Source: Spizellomyces punctatus DAOM BR117
Taxonomy: Eukaryota
Reading direction: 5' to 3' (one strand)
Length of the DNA stretch: 25,189 nucleotides
Assembly: GCA_000182565.2 (NCBI GenBank)
Contig: KQ257465.1
Of this stretch, positions 11,867-22,436 are shown in pieces. A program made the position numbers and the translations under genes. The notes beneath the pieces are model-generated. The model had not been told where the DNA came from. It ran no database searches and saw only the letters and a list, made by a program, of their open reading frames with translations. How positions within the stretch are numbered: the stretch's first letter is position 1; each line of letters begins with the position of its first letter.

Positions 11867-11927
11867 GCATAAGGGCATGTTCGCCAATTCCAAATTTGAA
11901 AGGACTTTTGAAATTTGGCATCCACAC

Positions 11928-12020
11928 TAGTGATGGCAACGGCTCACTCGGTTCGGCTAACAGCTCGCTCCAAGCCAAACCATGAGCTGACCCCTTAGAG
12001 CCAAGCCGAGCTGCAGCTCT
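11928..12020 (+). mobile_element. Probable orphan hAT-like transposon terminus
   Basis: TAGTGATGGCAACGG resembles hAT TIRs and is followed by clustered GGCTC/GAGCC/AAGCC subterminal motifs in both orientations. No matching opposite end was found in the window. Confidence 0.4.
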
Positions 12021-13001
12021 GCGTGGCACAGGTGGCACAGATATCCCAAATAAATGATATATGATACTGGAATCATATCCTGCTATAAATACTGTCCACC
12101 AGAATTCTTTTACTAAAAAATATAATAAGCATACTTGTAGGTAGTGTGGCGACAGGAAATGCCTAGGGATGTCGCTAACTAGCCAGATGAGGGCACGTGG
12201 ATGTTTATTTCGGTTTCTGAAGACGGAAAACGCGGCTACCGCGACCAAGAAACAGGGCGTGGTGCCTGCAATTATCGCAACTCAACCTTTCTTAGTATAT
12301 TTCGTACAACCCGGAAAGAATCAGTATCGCTACCAACAGATCAGTTGTAGTGACACTGTAGTTTTAGCATAGAAAAATCATCCGAGAATCTTGTATATTA
12401 GAGTATATCAACAGAGCAACGTCGCCAGGCAGAAGCCGTAGCGACACTAAATCCCCATAACTAGCTTCTCAACTCTCACTTTAGGTCTACAGGAACCAAA
12501 CAGCATCCTTCAACAGCTTGATCACCCACTCGGAAGCCTCTAAATCCTGCTCAGTTCATATTAACCGAATCCCTTGCCTCTCGCTCCCTGTCCCCTCATG
12601 GCTATATATAAGCAAATTACCAAGGCACGCCCAGTTATTCTCTTGTATTATAAGATGATCACCCATTTATGGCACACATCAACTGAGATTGGGATGTGTG
12701 GAGTGATTGCACTAATGTAATGCACTATAACATACTGCGACATTGCTTTCATATCGCTTGGGTTTATTAAAAAGACACATATGTCCACAAGAGCCTATAT
12801 GAGAGCGCCGCCATGAAGAATGTTGTTATATGTACGGATAACGCAGCAAATGCAACACAAATGTCTATAGTGGTTTACGACCCTATACACCGTCAACTTT
12901 TGTGGGGTCAGAAAACCGCGACATTCCCAAGTAATCCGTTCTTTGTATGGTGAAAACGCAAAGAAAGGAGGGAAGAACGCAGTATGACACTGCGATCACA
13001 A

Positions 13002-13295
13002 CTGCTCAGCAGCCTGCCTCAGGTGAGTGCCTCTCAAAGTCCATTGCTCGTGTTGCCGTACTAAACCAGAATATGTGCGGTTGGCAGCCATCGTCGTTGC
13101 TGCTGCACACCAGCCGAATGTTGCCCCCCCTAGCAGCAGCCGCTCAGCAGCCCGCCCCAGGTGATTGCCTCACAAAGTCCATTGCTCGTGTTGCGTCCGT
13201 ATGCTATGCGCATGGCATACTAGACCGAATTCTTTGCTCGTAGCTGCCACCGCCTCAGCCCCTACTCCTCTGGCAAAAATTGAGCAAGAAGAAGG
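13002..13295 (+). repeat. Detached copy of the microexon/intron 3' region of the 17264-18218 gene
   Basis: Near-identical to 17965-18190: ctgctcagcagcc(t/c)gcc(t/c)cag|gtga.tgcctc.caaagtccattgctcgtgttgccgtactaaaccagaatatgtgc. Intron-like units at 13023-13087 and 13161-13243. Confidence 0.85.
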
Positions 13296-14079
13296 CACAT
13301 CCTATTCCGCTGCATTTCCCTCAACCACTGCGGCCTGCGCTGTCTCCTCTGGGGTGTGCTTCGCGGGATTGTCTTCAGCCTGATGGGTCCGGGAACGAAA
13401 GTCATGCTGACAAAGTAGGCTTATGACATGACGCCAAGGTGCAAAGGGGCAGCTCTTTCTTTGGTTTATTCGCGACCGAACTCATCATGTAAGGAGATAG
13501 CTGCCGAAACTGGTATCGCCAGTGCTTTTGGATTCTCTATAAAATATCATGCAAAATCAAAAACCTGTGGAGCTCTCAGTATCGGTAGCTGTGTCGTCGC
13601 TGGGCGATGCAGCTCCATTGGACGAGCCTTGACTGCTTTGCTACCATACGCCCTTCTGGTGTTTCTCTCACCGCAACTATGGCCACCATTGCGTGCAGAG
13701 CTAACACCAGAAGAACGCATGGAATGTTAACCCAACCTACTTTTATAGTCTGAAGTGTCGATATCACCATTGTTGACTTCCACGTCGGCCCATGAAGTGC
13801 CTGCCGCATTGTCGTTGCTACATTCTCAAGTGCGCCCATGGTTGCGTCTGGACTTTGCCAACTTCTAACCCAACCTACAATTATCCTCTCCAAATATTTT
13901 CTTATTTGTTGTCCCCCGGACTGGCAGGTAGTAAACAGGGTTATTACAACTCTTATCGAGTATGTGATGGGACACCACACAGCGGTTTGGATATTTGTAA
14001 TTTCTTCCATTGTGGGTTCGTGTGGTTGCATTCATTCAACGCACTATTTCATAGCAATTGCTAAGGCGGTATGGCCATG

Positions 14080-14127
14080 CCATCAATCCTGGTTTCCATC
14101 AATCCTGGTTTCCATCAATCCTGGTTT
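14080..14127. repeat. Perfect tandem repeat, 3 x 16 bp
   Basis: ccatcaatcctggttt at 14080, 14096 and 14112. Confidence 0.95.
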
Positions 14128-15104
14128 AACGCATGCGCTGCTGTGTTTGTGCTGCGTACCCGTTATCTGTCCCATCATATATTCGATACGAGCTGTACTG
14201 GATGATGGCATTCTGTCATATGATCATTGAAGATCAAGGAAGTGCAAGTCTAGTTGATATTGCTACCGACTTGTCTTCTATCACAATTACACCGGCAGAA
14301 ACCAGAGCTCAGGTTAAGCTCACCATAGTACACTGGCATCAAATATTCGAAGAACAAGAATGTTGTGCGATTCTGTAAATCATCATCAGGTACGTGCAGA
14401 TCTTATATAGAGCATTTATGGACATGGAAGGGGCAGATAAGTACAGCATTATGATTACAGTAATGGACTACGTGGCTGTATAATAGATAGCGCATGATAA
14501 TTTGATCAATGTAATATAATTTACAACATATACTACTAGTAAAACTTTGTCTACAAGAATTCCTTTTCTATAATATATAGTCCACCTGAAGCTCCGATTC
14601 CTGGAGTTCTGATTGGCACATAATGACAGTCAATTCTTCCTCCTTTAGAGTTTCTTCTTCGAATCCAAGTCATGTAATGCCCTAGCATAATAGGGATTAA
14701 GTGCGTCTAAAAGATGGCTCTGTTAGGAACTATGCCGCTGCCATTTCAGTGTTAGAGCTTTATCTCTAGGAACGTTGTGCCCAGAGAGTAACGAAACCAA
14801 GCTGACTTTGACCTCTAATTTTGGGCGCATAAGATGGCTAACTAAAACAGTAACATGACAAGGTTGTAGCGATCCAGGGCTTTTCAGAACCGTTGTGGTC
14901 TTGCCAATAACTCATTGACTAACTTGCAAGAGGTTATATTTACGAAGGAGACAACACTCCCAAATTTACTAAATACAAATATACAGAAATGCTGACAAAA
15001 AGCAATTTTTCAAAAACGCCGTAGCATCCACAAGGATATGTTAGCGTTTGCAATCATCAACAACCTCCATCTGATAGACATGCCGCTCAAATGGGTGTGG
15101 CTTC

Positions 15105-17066
15105 TTACGAAGCGGCAGATGGGCCTTCAATGTCGTCATTGACGCTATATTCCGACTCAGTAGCGGTATTGGATTCCGACTCATTAGCGGCATTGGATTC
15201 CGACTCCTCATCGCTCTTGTTCTCATATGTATCATTTTCTTCTTCCACTTCATCTTGTTCATACGAGGAGTCAGCGTCGTGTGACGACGGTTCCATATTA
15301 TCTGAATGTCAGAGCCAGTACAGGGGACAACAAGAAGGAACATATTGAGAGAGGGTATGGAAGTTGGGCTAAAGTATGCACCTTACCACTCCGGCTGTTA
15401 TCGACATTGTCATTGCTGCTGGGCAGCGCGGTTTTTGGCTTTTGGTTCTTTGGCCTCGGCAGGCTCATGCGGGACACCCGCTCTAGGAATTGTTCGAGCG
15501 GGATGTCTTTACCCGGGAAACGACCCCAGAGCGGGGAGAGTAATTTGAGGACATCGGGGCTTCCCAACGCACGCCTTGCGGTTTCCTTCGGTTCCGCATT
15601 ATCTTTCAGCTGCGACAGGAGCTTGACCTGCTCGTGCTTTCCCATTCTCTGAAACGCTCTATGGGAAAACTCGCTCCCGTTTTGATATATCAGAACGCCA
15701 GGGCCCACAAGGGCCGCCAAATGGGCGAGGAACTCGCCAGACATGACAACTTTACTCAGGGGTAACTTTCCTCCACTGACGGCCCATTTCACAAAAGAGT
15801 TGAATTTATCTACGATTTTCAGCACCCTTTGGCTAAAATGATCGTTAGGGTTAAAAGTTGTAAGGTTGAGTTTACAAGGTTTACCTACCGCCAGCACCTC
15901 ATATGAAGAGCCTCATCGGGGTATGTCTCTGACGGTCGCGGCTTCTCGATCCTTGGGGATGTTCTGGGCCCGAGGCCTTTGGGCCATCCAGTTTTGTTAT
16001 AAAAGTCGTACAGTGCCAATGAGGCATGATGGAACGCCGCATAAACGCAGGCCGATCGCAAATTTGCGAAAGATTCAGCAGCTGCCAATACAGCAAGAGA
16101 ATTGTCATATTCCCCCATGGCATATGTCAGATTGTAAATGGCCTGAGTAAACTCAGGCGAACTAGGGCCGAGTTCCTTGGCCACACGTGCTTCCAACTCC
16201 TCTTGCTGCTGACGGTTCAGCTTGCAGACAGGTGGCTTTTTAATGCGCTTGACAGCGGTGAGTGACTCCTCAAAGGATTCACGATTCACTTCCGCAAACT
16301 TCTTTAGCATCACTTCAGCTACATAGGAGGTGCGACCAGATCAGTCCATGAACCAGGTATGAAGTTCAACATGCCTCTCCACTTACCTGGCGACAGTTCC
16401 GGTTCTCGCTGCGGAGCAGCAGCACGTTTACCAGATCTGCGGTTTGGACGCTCAGGGGCGGACGCCTCTGGGCTAGGCGAAGCCTCTGTCCCCTGGTGCT
16501 GTTGCTGTCTCCGACGTCGCGGCCTCTTCGCCTGCGAATCTTCATAATTAGCTACCGACCGCTTGCGCAGCGGACGTACCGCCTCATGCGTTTCAGACTG
16601 CTCCGCATCTTGGCTGACGGACGTAGACGCTTCCATGTTTCTCAAGTCCAGACGGAATTCGGGACCCGGTCCCACGATCTCCGGGTCGAGTTTTGCCAGG
16701 CAAGTATTGCTTTCTGGGGACAACAGCCACGAACCGTACTTGAGACCGCTGGTGGCGACCGCGGCTAAAACCGCCATACCTGTCTTCAACATTCCGGCGG
16801 CATTGCCGCTTTCGATAGGGGAAAATAACGCTTTCACGTCACGAAACACATTGATGCTGTTATCATCCAAATCCACTTGCCGGGATCCAGCAGCATCTAA
16901 GTCTACAGGTTAGAGCCTGAATGTAGACACTGTCATGAGACTCAACTGGGACCCTCACTGGGTAGCTCTTACCGAAACTGTTACTAGACGGGAAGGTTCC
17001 CGGAGAAGGATGCTGCTCGGTAATCTCAGTGCCGTCGTTTTGCATTGTTTTTGGGTTGTTATACAT
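15105..17066 (-). CDS. Five-exon protein of unknown function (basic NLS-like patch, helical core, acidic tail)
   Basis: ORFs 16863-17066, 16319-16876, 15885-16313, 15298-15897 and 15105-15296 are linked by GT-AG introns (donors ~16972, 16386, ~15888, ~15386), several with CTAAC/CTGAC branch sites. KRPRRRR patch and Asp/Glu-rich C-terminus. Confidence 0.7.
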
Positions 17067-17165
17067 TAAAAGAATTTCGATGGAAATTTTCGTATGTTTC
17101 CGATCGCGAATAATCAGCTAGCCACGCTTTGCGCCTTTAGTAAGGTGATCTGCGAAGTTTATTTT

Positions 17166-17179
17166 GTTGCCATGGCAAT
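17166..17179. promoter_or_regulatory. RFX X-box-like palindrome in a bidirectional promoter
   Basis: GTTGCCATGGCAAT matches the X-box GTTGCCATGGCAAC at 13/14 positions and lies midway between starts at 17066 (-) and 17264 (+). Confidence 0.45.
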
Positions 17180-17263
17180 AGGGTCTTTTAACCGCGCGGG
17201 CGTCAAATTTAACTTACCGGCGAAAACTTGCCAAAACCACAAAACCTACTTTTCACTAACAAA

Positions 17264-18218
17264 ATGCACGATATCTGGCTCGGTAGGTCGCATTCTGTCC
17301 TCAATGAGGGTAACAAGGCTACTCATTCACTGTGTTCTGGCATTTTGCCAGGAATCAAAACCATCATCCTTTACCAACCGCTGCCCGCGCAGCGCAATAC
17401 ATAGATGATTCTGCTGACTACGACCAATGGGCAGCCGCGCACGCAGCTTTGGCTGGGAACTACACATCGTTTCGCGCTGCGTACGCAGCCGCCAGAGGAA
17501 GGGCGACCAGCGTACGTCTCGATAAAGTTGGGTGGCCCGCCTAACGTCGATCCAGTCAATTTGACTTTTGCGGCTCCGCCGCCACAGCCAGCAAGAACTA
17601 TGGTATTGGAACGACACCGAACGGCGTCGTTTCTTTCCGCGACCGCGTCCCTCTCGCCCGCGGTTGCGGGCGGACCCCAACAGTTCGTGGTGAATTTGAC
17701 CATAACTGGCGACGACGCCGTTCGTCGGGCAGGCGGAAAAGATAACGTCCCAGCATTCTCCTCCACCCTCGCACGGTGGCTGATCAATCAGCGTTGGGAC
17801 TTCGTATATTCACAAGGACCGTCGCCGTTGAATATGGTCGGACCCGGAGTGGCGCCGATTAATCTGGTCTCACCCCCTCCGCCTCAGTTTGGGTTGCCAG
17901 TTGGGAAGGGCCGTGTCTTATACATACCCAAGCTTAACACTAACCCAATTTTTTGGACTCGAAGCTGCTCAGCAGCCCGCCCCAGGTGAATGCCTCACAA
18001 AGTCCATTGCTCGTGTTGCCGTACTAAACCAGAATATGTGCACTTGGCAGCCGCTGCCATTGCAGCTGCTCCGCAGCCGGCTCTCGGTGAGTGCCTCAGA
18101 ACGTCCATTGCTTGTGTTGCTTGTGTTGCTTGTGTTGCGTCCCTATGCTATGAGCATGGCGTACTAAACTGAAGGTGAACAAGAAGAAGGGGAAGCTCCC
18201 GCGGAGCCAGCAGAATAG
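17264..18218 (+). pseudogene. Pro/Ala-rich unknown protein gene with microexons; in-frame stop
   Basis: ATG 17264 and intron 17283-17351 splice in frame to TAG 17402-17404, then ORF 17405. Microexons 17965-17985 and 18051-18086, last exon 18175-18218. The donor of the intron ending at 17964 is not clear. Confidence 0.55.
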
Positions 18219-18525
18219 GATGTGCTCCGTCGGAGCGGATGTAAGCTGTCGCTATGCATCGGAAATAGCAGATCCAGCAAGGAAATATAGGAAAGAAAGG
18301 AAATAGCAAGGAAATATCGAATAGAAAATGGTGTTTTTTTAGTTTTTTTTTGCAATAAATTGATTGCTGTGCCATTTGTCCTGATCCAATTGATACCACT
18401 GCAATGTTGCAACCCGACGTACCTACAAATTGACCCTGTTTTCCGCTACGTTTCAACATAGCATATACTGGTTGAACATGCTTTAAAAATGCAGCAAAAC
18501 AGGCGGGGTATTTTTCTATGCATCT

Positions 18526-18610
18526 AATGATAATTTCGTATAGTGCGGAGCCGATGGGCATTGGCACTAGCGCACCAGGGATTGAACCGGCGACAACCGG
18601 TTCGGAAAAG
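18526..18610 (-). ncRNA. Fanzor omega-RNA: 70-nt scaffold (18610-18541) plus flank-derived guide (from 18540 downward; guide length assumed)
   Basis: The minus strand reads CTTTTCCGAACCGGTTGTCGCCGGTTCAATCCCTGGTGCGCTAGTGCCAATGCCCATCGGCTCCGCACTA|TACGAAATTATCATT and starts right after the ORF stop. GAACCGGT can pair with ATCGGCTC, and GTGCG or TAGTGC with the terminal CGCACTA. It closely resembles the Spizellomyces punctatus SpuFz1 scaffold as I recall it (not verified by alignment). Confidence 0.82.
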
Positions 18611-19625
18611 CTAATCTAACCAATCTACGCTACGCTCGGCTGGAACACTCCTCCTGCTGAACACTTCTGGTCTACAGTGCCCATCCAACATTGATCTCAC
18701 AATCATTAGCATATTGCAGGTGCTCAGCGTATCTCGATTCTAGTAGCGCATCGTCCAGGCTTGCTGCAAACAGTTAGGGTTGGTACAACCCAGCAATCCG
18801 TGGACTTTTTCAATCTTGCCTTCACGTTGCTGCCAAGGTCTTGAATGAGGTCATGTTTTGAAGCCTTTCTCAACGTCAGAGGATGACAGTGAGGGCAGAC
18901 AGATGAGGTTTTATACTCGTCGAGCAGGAAACAATCAATGTGGTAGTGCTTGAAAACCGTGCGCCAACCTTTTGTTTTTGATGACATCTGAAATCTCGCA
19001 GCATCACTCCAATCACCCATCACAATGTTAAAGTTTTCACTGTACTTGTTGTGCATGTTGGATATGAGGTTTGACTTGCTCTTCTGACGGTTTATAAATG
19101 CATGCCACTTCCACTGCGTGTGGGCAGGATGTGAGTAGAACTCCTTTTGACAATCCGAATTTGCATGGCAAATGAGAAGGTAGTGAGTAAAGTCCATGAG
19201 GTTCATCATCTTCTGAGATGGTATTCGTGACTCTATGTGATCAATTCCCGCTTTCTTCGTCATCTGCTGCCATTGCCTTTGCTGTCAACGGCTTCCAGTC
19301 TCCATGGCTCGTTGGTTGGTGGTGTAGCAAAATGTCGTACCACTGCTGTCTTGGCAGTAGAGAATGTCGCACTTGTTTGGGTCAACAACAATGATGTTCT
19401 CTGCTACTCGACAAGCAGACAAGTTTTTCTCCATGTATTGTGCTTTAACTTTGTCCTCTAAACTCTTTGCTGACTTTCTTGCTCCACGCTTTCCATACTT
19501 GTCGGCATCAGGGTGTTTCAAGTAAACTGACACCGAGGTACCATCTGTCATGATCGAGCCTTCAAAACACATTCCATGACGAGATCTAAAGGCTTTGATA
19601 CTTAGATTACAGACGCGCAAGTGAC
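18541..19625 (-). mobile_element. 5'-truncated Fanzor1-encoding transposon remnant (right end at ~18541)
   Basis: A decayed Fanzor ORF is immediately followed by the omega-RNA scaffold ending CGGCTCCGCACTA, then unrelated AT-rich flank. No matching left end was seen in the window. Confidence 0.85.
18611..19625 (-). pseudogene. Fanzor1 (TnpB-derived RNA-guided RuvC nuclease), C-terminal half, inactivated
   Basis: Across frames: FEGSIMTDGTSVSV, RuvC-I IIVVDPNK, WKWHAFINRQKS, VMGDWS, RuvC-II LLDEYKTSSVCPHC, zinc-finger partner VHGLLGCTNPNC, RuvC-III Y*NRDTLSTCNM, RPEVFSR, stop 18611-18613. Contains internal stops and frameshifts. Confidence 0.92.
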
Positions 19626-19660
19626 CAGGAATCACAGGACAAAGCAAACCACCAGTGCAT

Positions 19661-19714
19661 TCATGTAAAAGTATCAAAGATAATTTGTCATGTAAAAGTA
19701 TCAAAGATAATTTG
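19661..19714. repeat. Perfect 27-bp tandem duplication near the Fanzor truncation junction
   Basis: tcatgtaaaagtatcaaagataatttg x2 (19661-19687, 19688-19714). Confidence 0.95.
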
Positions 19715-19791
19715 GCCAATATCTACCACAGGACAGTTTTTCAAACAACACGATGGCGCCATCACAAAATCTTTGTACATATCTACAACGG

Positions 19792-22063
19792 CTAACCTTG
19801 GCTTCGACGACGCTTTTCCTTCGTCTTCGTCTCCGGAGTGAGCGCATCGGGAAAGACTTGGCGTAGGTCTCGAAGAAGTCCATGTTTATCAGGAGTAATG
19901 GGGTAGTTGGGCGCATCTTGAAAGGTATGGCGGGCCCTTTGACTGCAAAGACGCTCTCCACTCGCTTTCAAAATCTCTTTCAAGCGGCGAAAACCAGCAA
20001 TGCAGCGAGGGAGATTTCCAACATTTTCCAATGAATTAACAATCGGGATCTTGCCTAGTTCGACGCAGAAACACAAGCCTTCATAAATCTGGACATTATA
20101 TATGTGGAAGACTGCGCCGTCTTGGTGTTTGTGTGTCAGTAAAAGAATCTCCAGAGGCAAGATCATGTAGAAATACCTGGTGCAATTGCGGTAATCAGCT
20201 GCAGAGGAGTTTGCCCCCAGTCGTATTCTAACATATCTTTCTTCACTAATTTCATTGCACGTTCCAGCCCATCAGCTAACTGCAAGTTTCGCTGGGTACT
20301 GGTTGCATGGGGTGACTTCAGTTCCGCAACAAGGACAATGCGATCCATAGTTTTGATAGTGATATCTGGATGCTTTCTGTCATTCATTACAGTGTCGCTG
20401 ACAGAAGCATCAAAGATAAGTGTTACTTAGCATGAAAATTGGGGTGGATGAACTTACATATATAGCTTCCATCTCGGAGATAATAGACGGCTGAAGTGTG
20501 GAGTGACATATTTGCCAGTATATGACGGTTCGTGCTCAAAGGCTGGAGCGTCGGCGCCGACATAAGGATATCTAGCAAAACCATTCAGTATAAAGCTTCC
20601 GCATGTATGCTACACACTTCACTGACATGGCTTCGAGTGGTATTGCTTCATCCCTAGCTAGTTCGGAGAATGTCATATCGTCAGGGGAATCTTCTGTCTC
20701 TTCCTCGACAAGCTTCCTAATTTCGAACTTGTGTGTGGCCGCTGCTATAGCCGGTGGCGCCACCGCAGCTACGGCATCCCAAAGAGTCTCATGGGCAATA
20801 CTATGGTAGAGTTTGGCCCAGTTTCTAGTATCCAAATATTTCTCATATGGCTCCGGAAGATGCCGGGTGACTAAAATACCACCTTTCAATGTACTATACA
20901 CAGTATAAGCATCTACATGGGGTACTGTCATTAGAACGGACTGATTAAATTTTTGATCGCCTTCCGGTTTCTGCATGTCCAATAAAACATCACTCAAAAC
21001 TTGGCGTATCAACTGCGAACAATTGATATTTGCAACAATCACCTACAGAATTATAATTTTAACTGCTGTATCATTTCGAAGAAAAGGGGAATAACTTGGG
21101 AACTTACATCATGCTCCAATTTTAGATTCGCTCCTTTCAATACCTCTTGCAGGCCCGCAATCTCCTCTGGCGGAACCGATCCCTCTTGCAGCACCGTGAT
21201 CTCTTCGAGCGGAACAAATTCTTCTTCCAGCCCGGTCGGCTCCGGACCAGCAGTATCTTCTTCGAGCAAGAGTCTTGCTTTTTTGCGTTTATGGGAATCC
21301 AGGGAACACTGGTTATCAGGCTTGTCGACGATTTTCACGAGCGTTTGATGTGCCTCTGAAGCTGCAAAAGGGCAAGATTCCTGTGTGCATTGATTAGCTG
21401 ATCCACTCTATTCTGTTCTCGATGCTGCTTTTCTTGGATTTAGCAGCGGATCTTCTGGCGATAAGAAAAGAATTTGTCTCATGTTCCGGGCTGAAAAAAT
21501 ATGTGTAAGTCGCCTACGTGACAATTCTTGCTCGCACACACACAGTATGATTCTTCGAAACCTTCCTTCAATCACAATGTACCGAGATAGCCTAGCTGGG
21601 ACAGCTCTCGCTTCATCGGCGGAGGTTGAATCCCTCGGAGAGGGGATTTCACTCCCAACCATATCTGATGGATCTTCTGCATCATGGTCCCATTGTGACA
21701 TTGGGAAGGTTTAAGACCGGGATAGCTTAGCTGGGATAGCTCTTGCTTCACTGGCAGACTCGTGCACATCTGCAACAGGAGTACCGAGCCAGGGGTGACC
21801 CCCAATCGTCGTGATGTGCAAACTGCAAAACTGCCGACACGCAGGCTCTATGTGCAGACTACAAACAAACTAAAAACGAAAAGGAAACTCACTCCTTTCA
21901 AATTGGCAAGTTGCAAGTAATGCTTCTGTTGTCTTGCTAATCGGGTTTCCGGAAAGCCAGCCAAGAGCTCCTCTATGCGAGCCACCCAGTCTTCCCAGCC
22001 GGCATCCGGGTTTTTCTCAACAAAATCTTCGATTACAGGCTGCGGCGGGAGATAGTTCCTCAT
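19792..22063 (-). pseudogene. PD-(D/E)xK restriction-endonuclease-fold protein (Crinkler/CR-REase-like architecture), disrupted
   Basis: Short helical N-terminal exon (21893-22063), acidic/basic linker, and a C-terminal domain with RKHPDITIK...VLVAELKS then FCVELGKIPI...RRLKEIL. In-frame TAA at ~21711-21713 and a one-base shift at ~20577-20580 (T run). Confidence 0.65.
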
Positions 22064-22416
22064 CGTGAGAAAATGGACTTGCGGTGAAGAGAACGGGGAA
22101 GAGTCGCGTTCCTGCGCGTCCAGCCTTACGTGCTATTTGTGCCACCCGTGCCACCAGCGCTGTCATGTGACACGCAGAAGGCCCCATAATCAGTAACTGT
22201 GCGTGTGCGAGTGTATAGACTATAGACTATGACGACACACTGCATCTCACATTGCAACCATACAATTAACGTGACTTAAATGATGTGGGCAGTCACTGCT
22301 TGCAATTGATTGGATTATTGCATTGTAACTTAGGCATTAGACACCAGTGTCTGTTATACTTGTAAAGGGGAGCACTCCTTGCTTCTGATTGGCGCAATTT
22401 TGCGCACTTCTGAAGA

Positions 22417-22436
22417 ACGCGTCCACGCGTATATAA
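22417..22436 (+). promoter_or_regulatory. Two MCB (ACGCGT) boxes abutting a TATA-like element
   Basis: ACGCGT at 22417-22422 and 22425-22430, TATATAA at 22430-22436, ATG at 22484. Confidence 0.45.

Noticed and set aside
12164-12462. TAGGGATGTCGCTA as a second hAT terminus pairing with 12439
   Set aside because: The inverted match is short and interrupted, and there is no TSD.
13383-14400. Overlapping ORFs of 80-150 aa
   Set aside because: No recognisable motifs or coherent splice model; probably decayed sequence.
13002-18190. Direct repeats read as LTRs or a CRISPR-like array
   Set aside because: No TG...CA ends, PBS, gag or pol, and no regular spacers. The repeats carry splice donor, branch and acceptor signals.
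18521-18540. A target for the omega-RNA guide elsewhere in the window
   Set aside because: Only short partial matches (gataattt near 14497, 19679, 19706) were seen by eye, with no full-length site.
18565-18640. Possible tRNA gene on the minus strand
   Set aside because: A/B boxes are present, but there is no proper acceptor stem or anticodon arm and the T stem is imperfect. The region is better explained as Fanzor ORF end plus omega-RNA.
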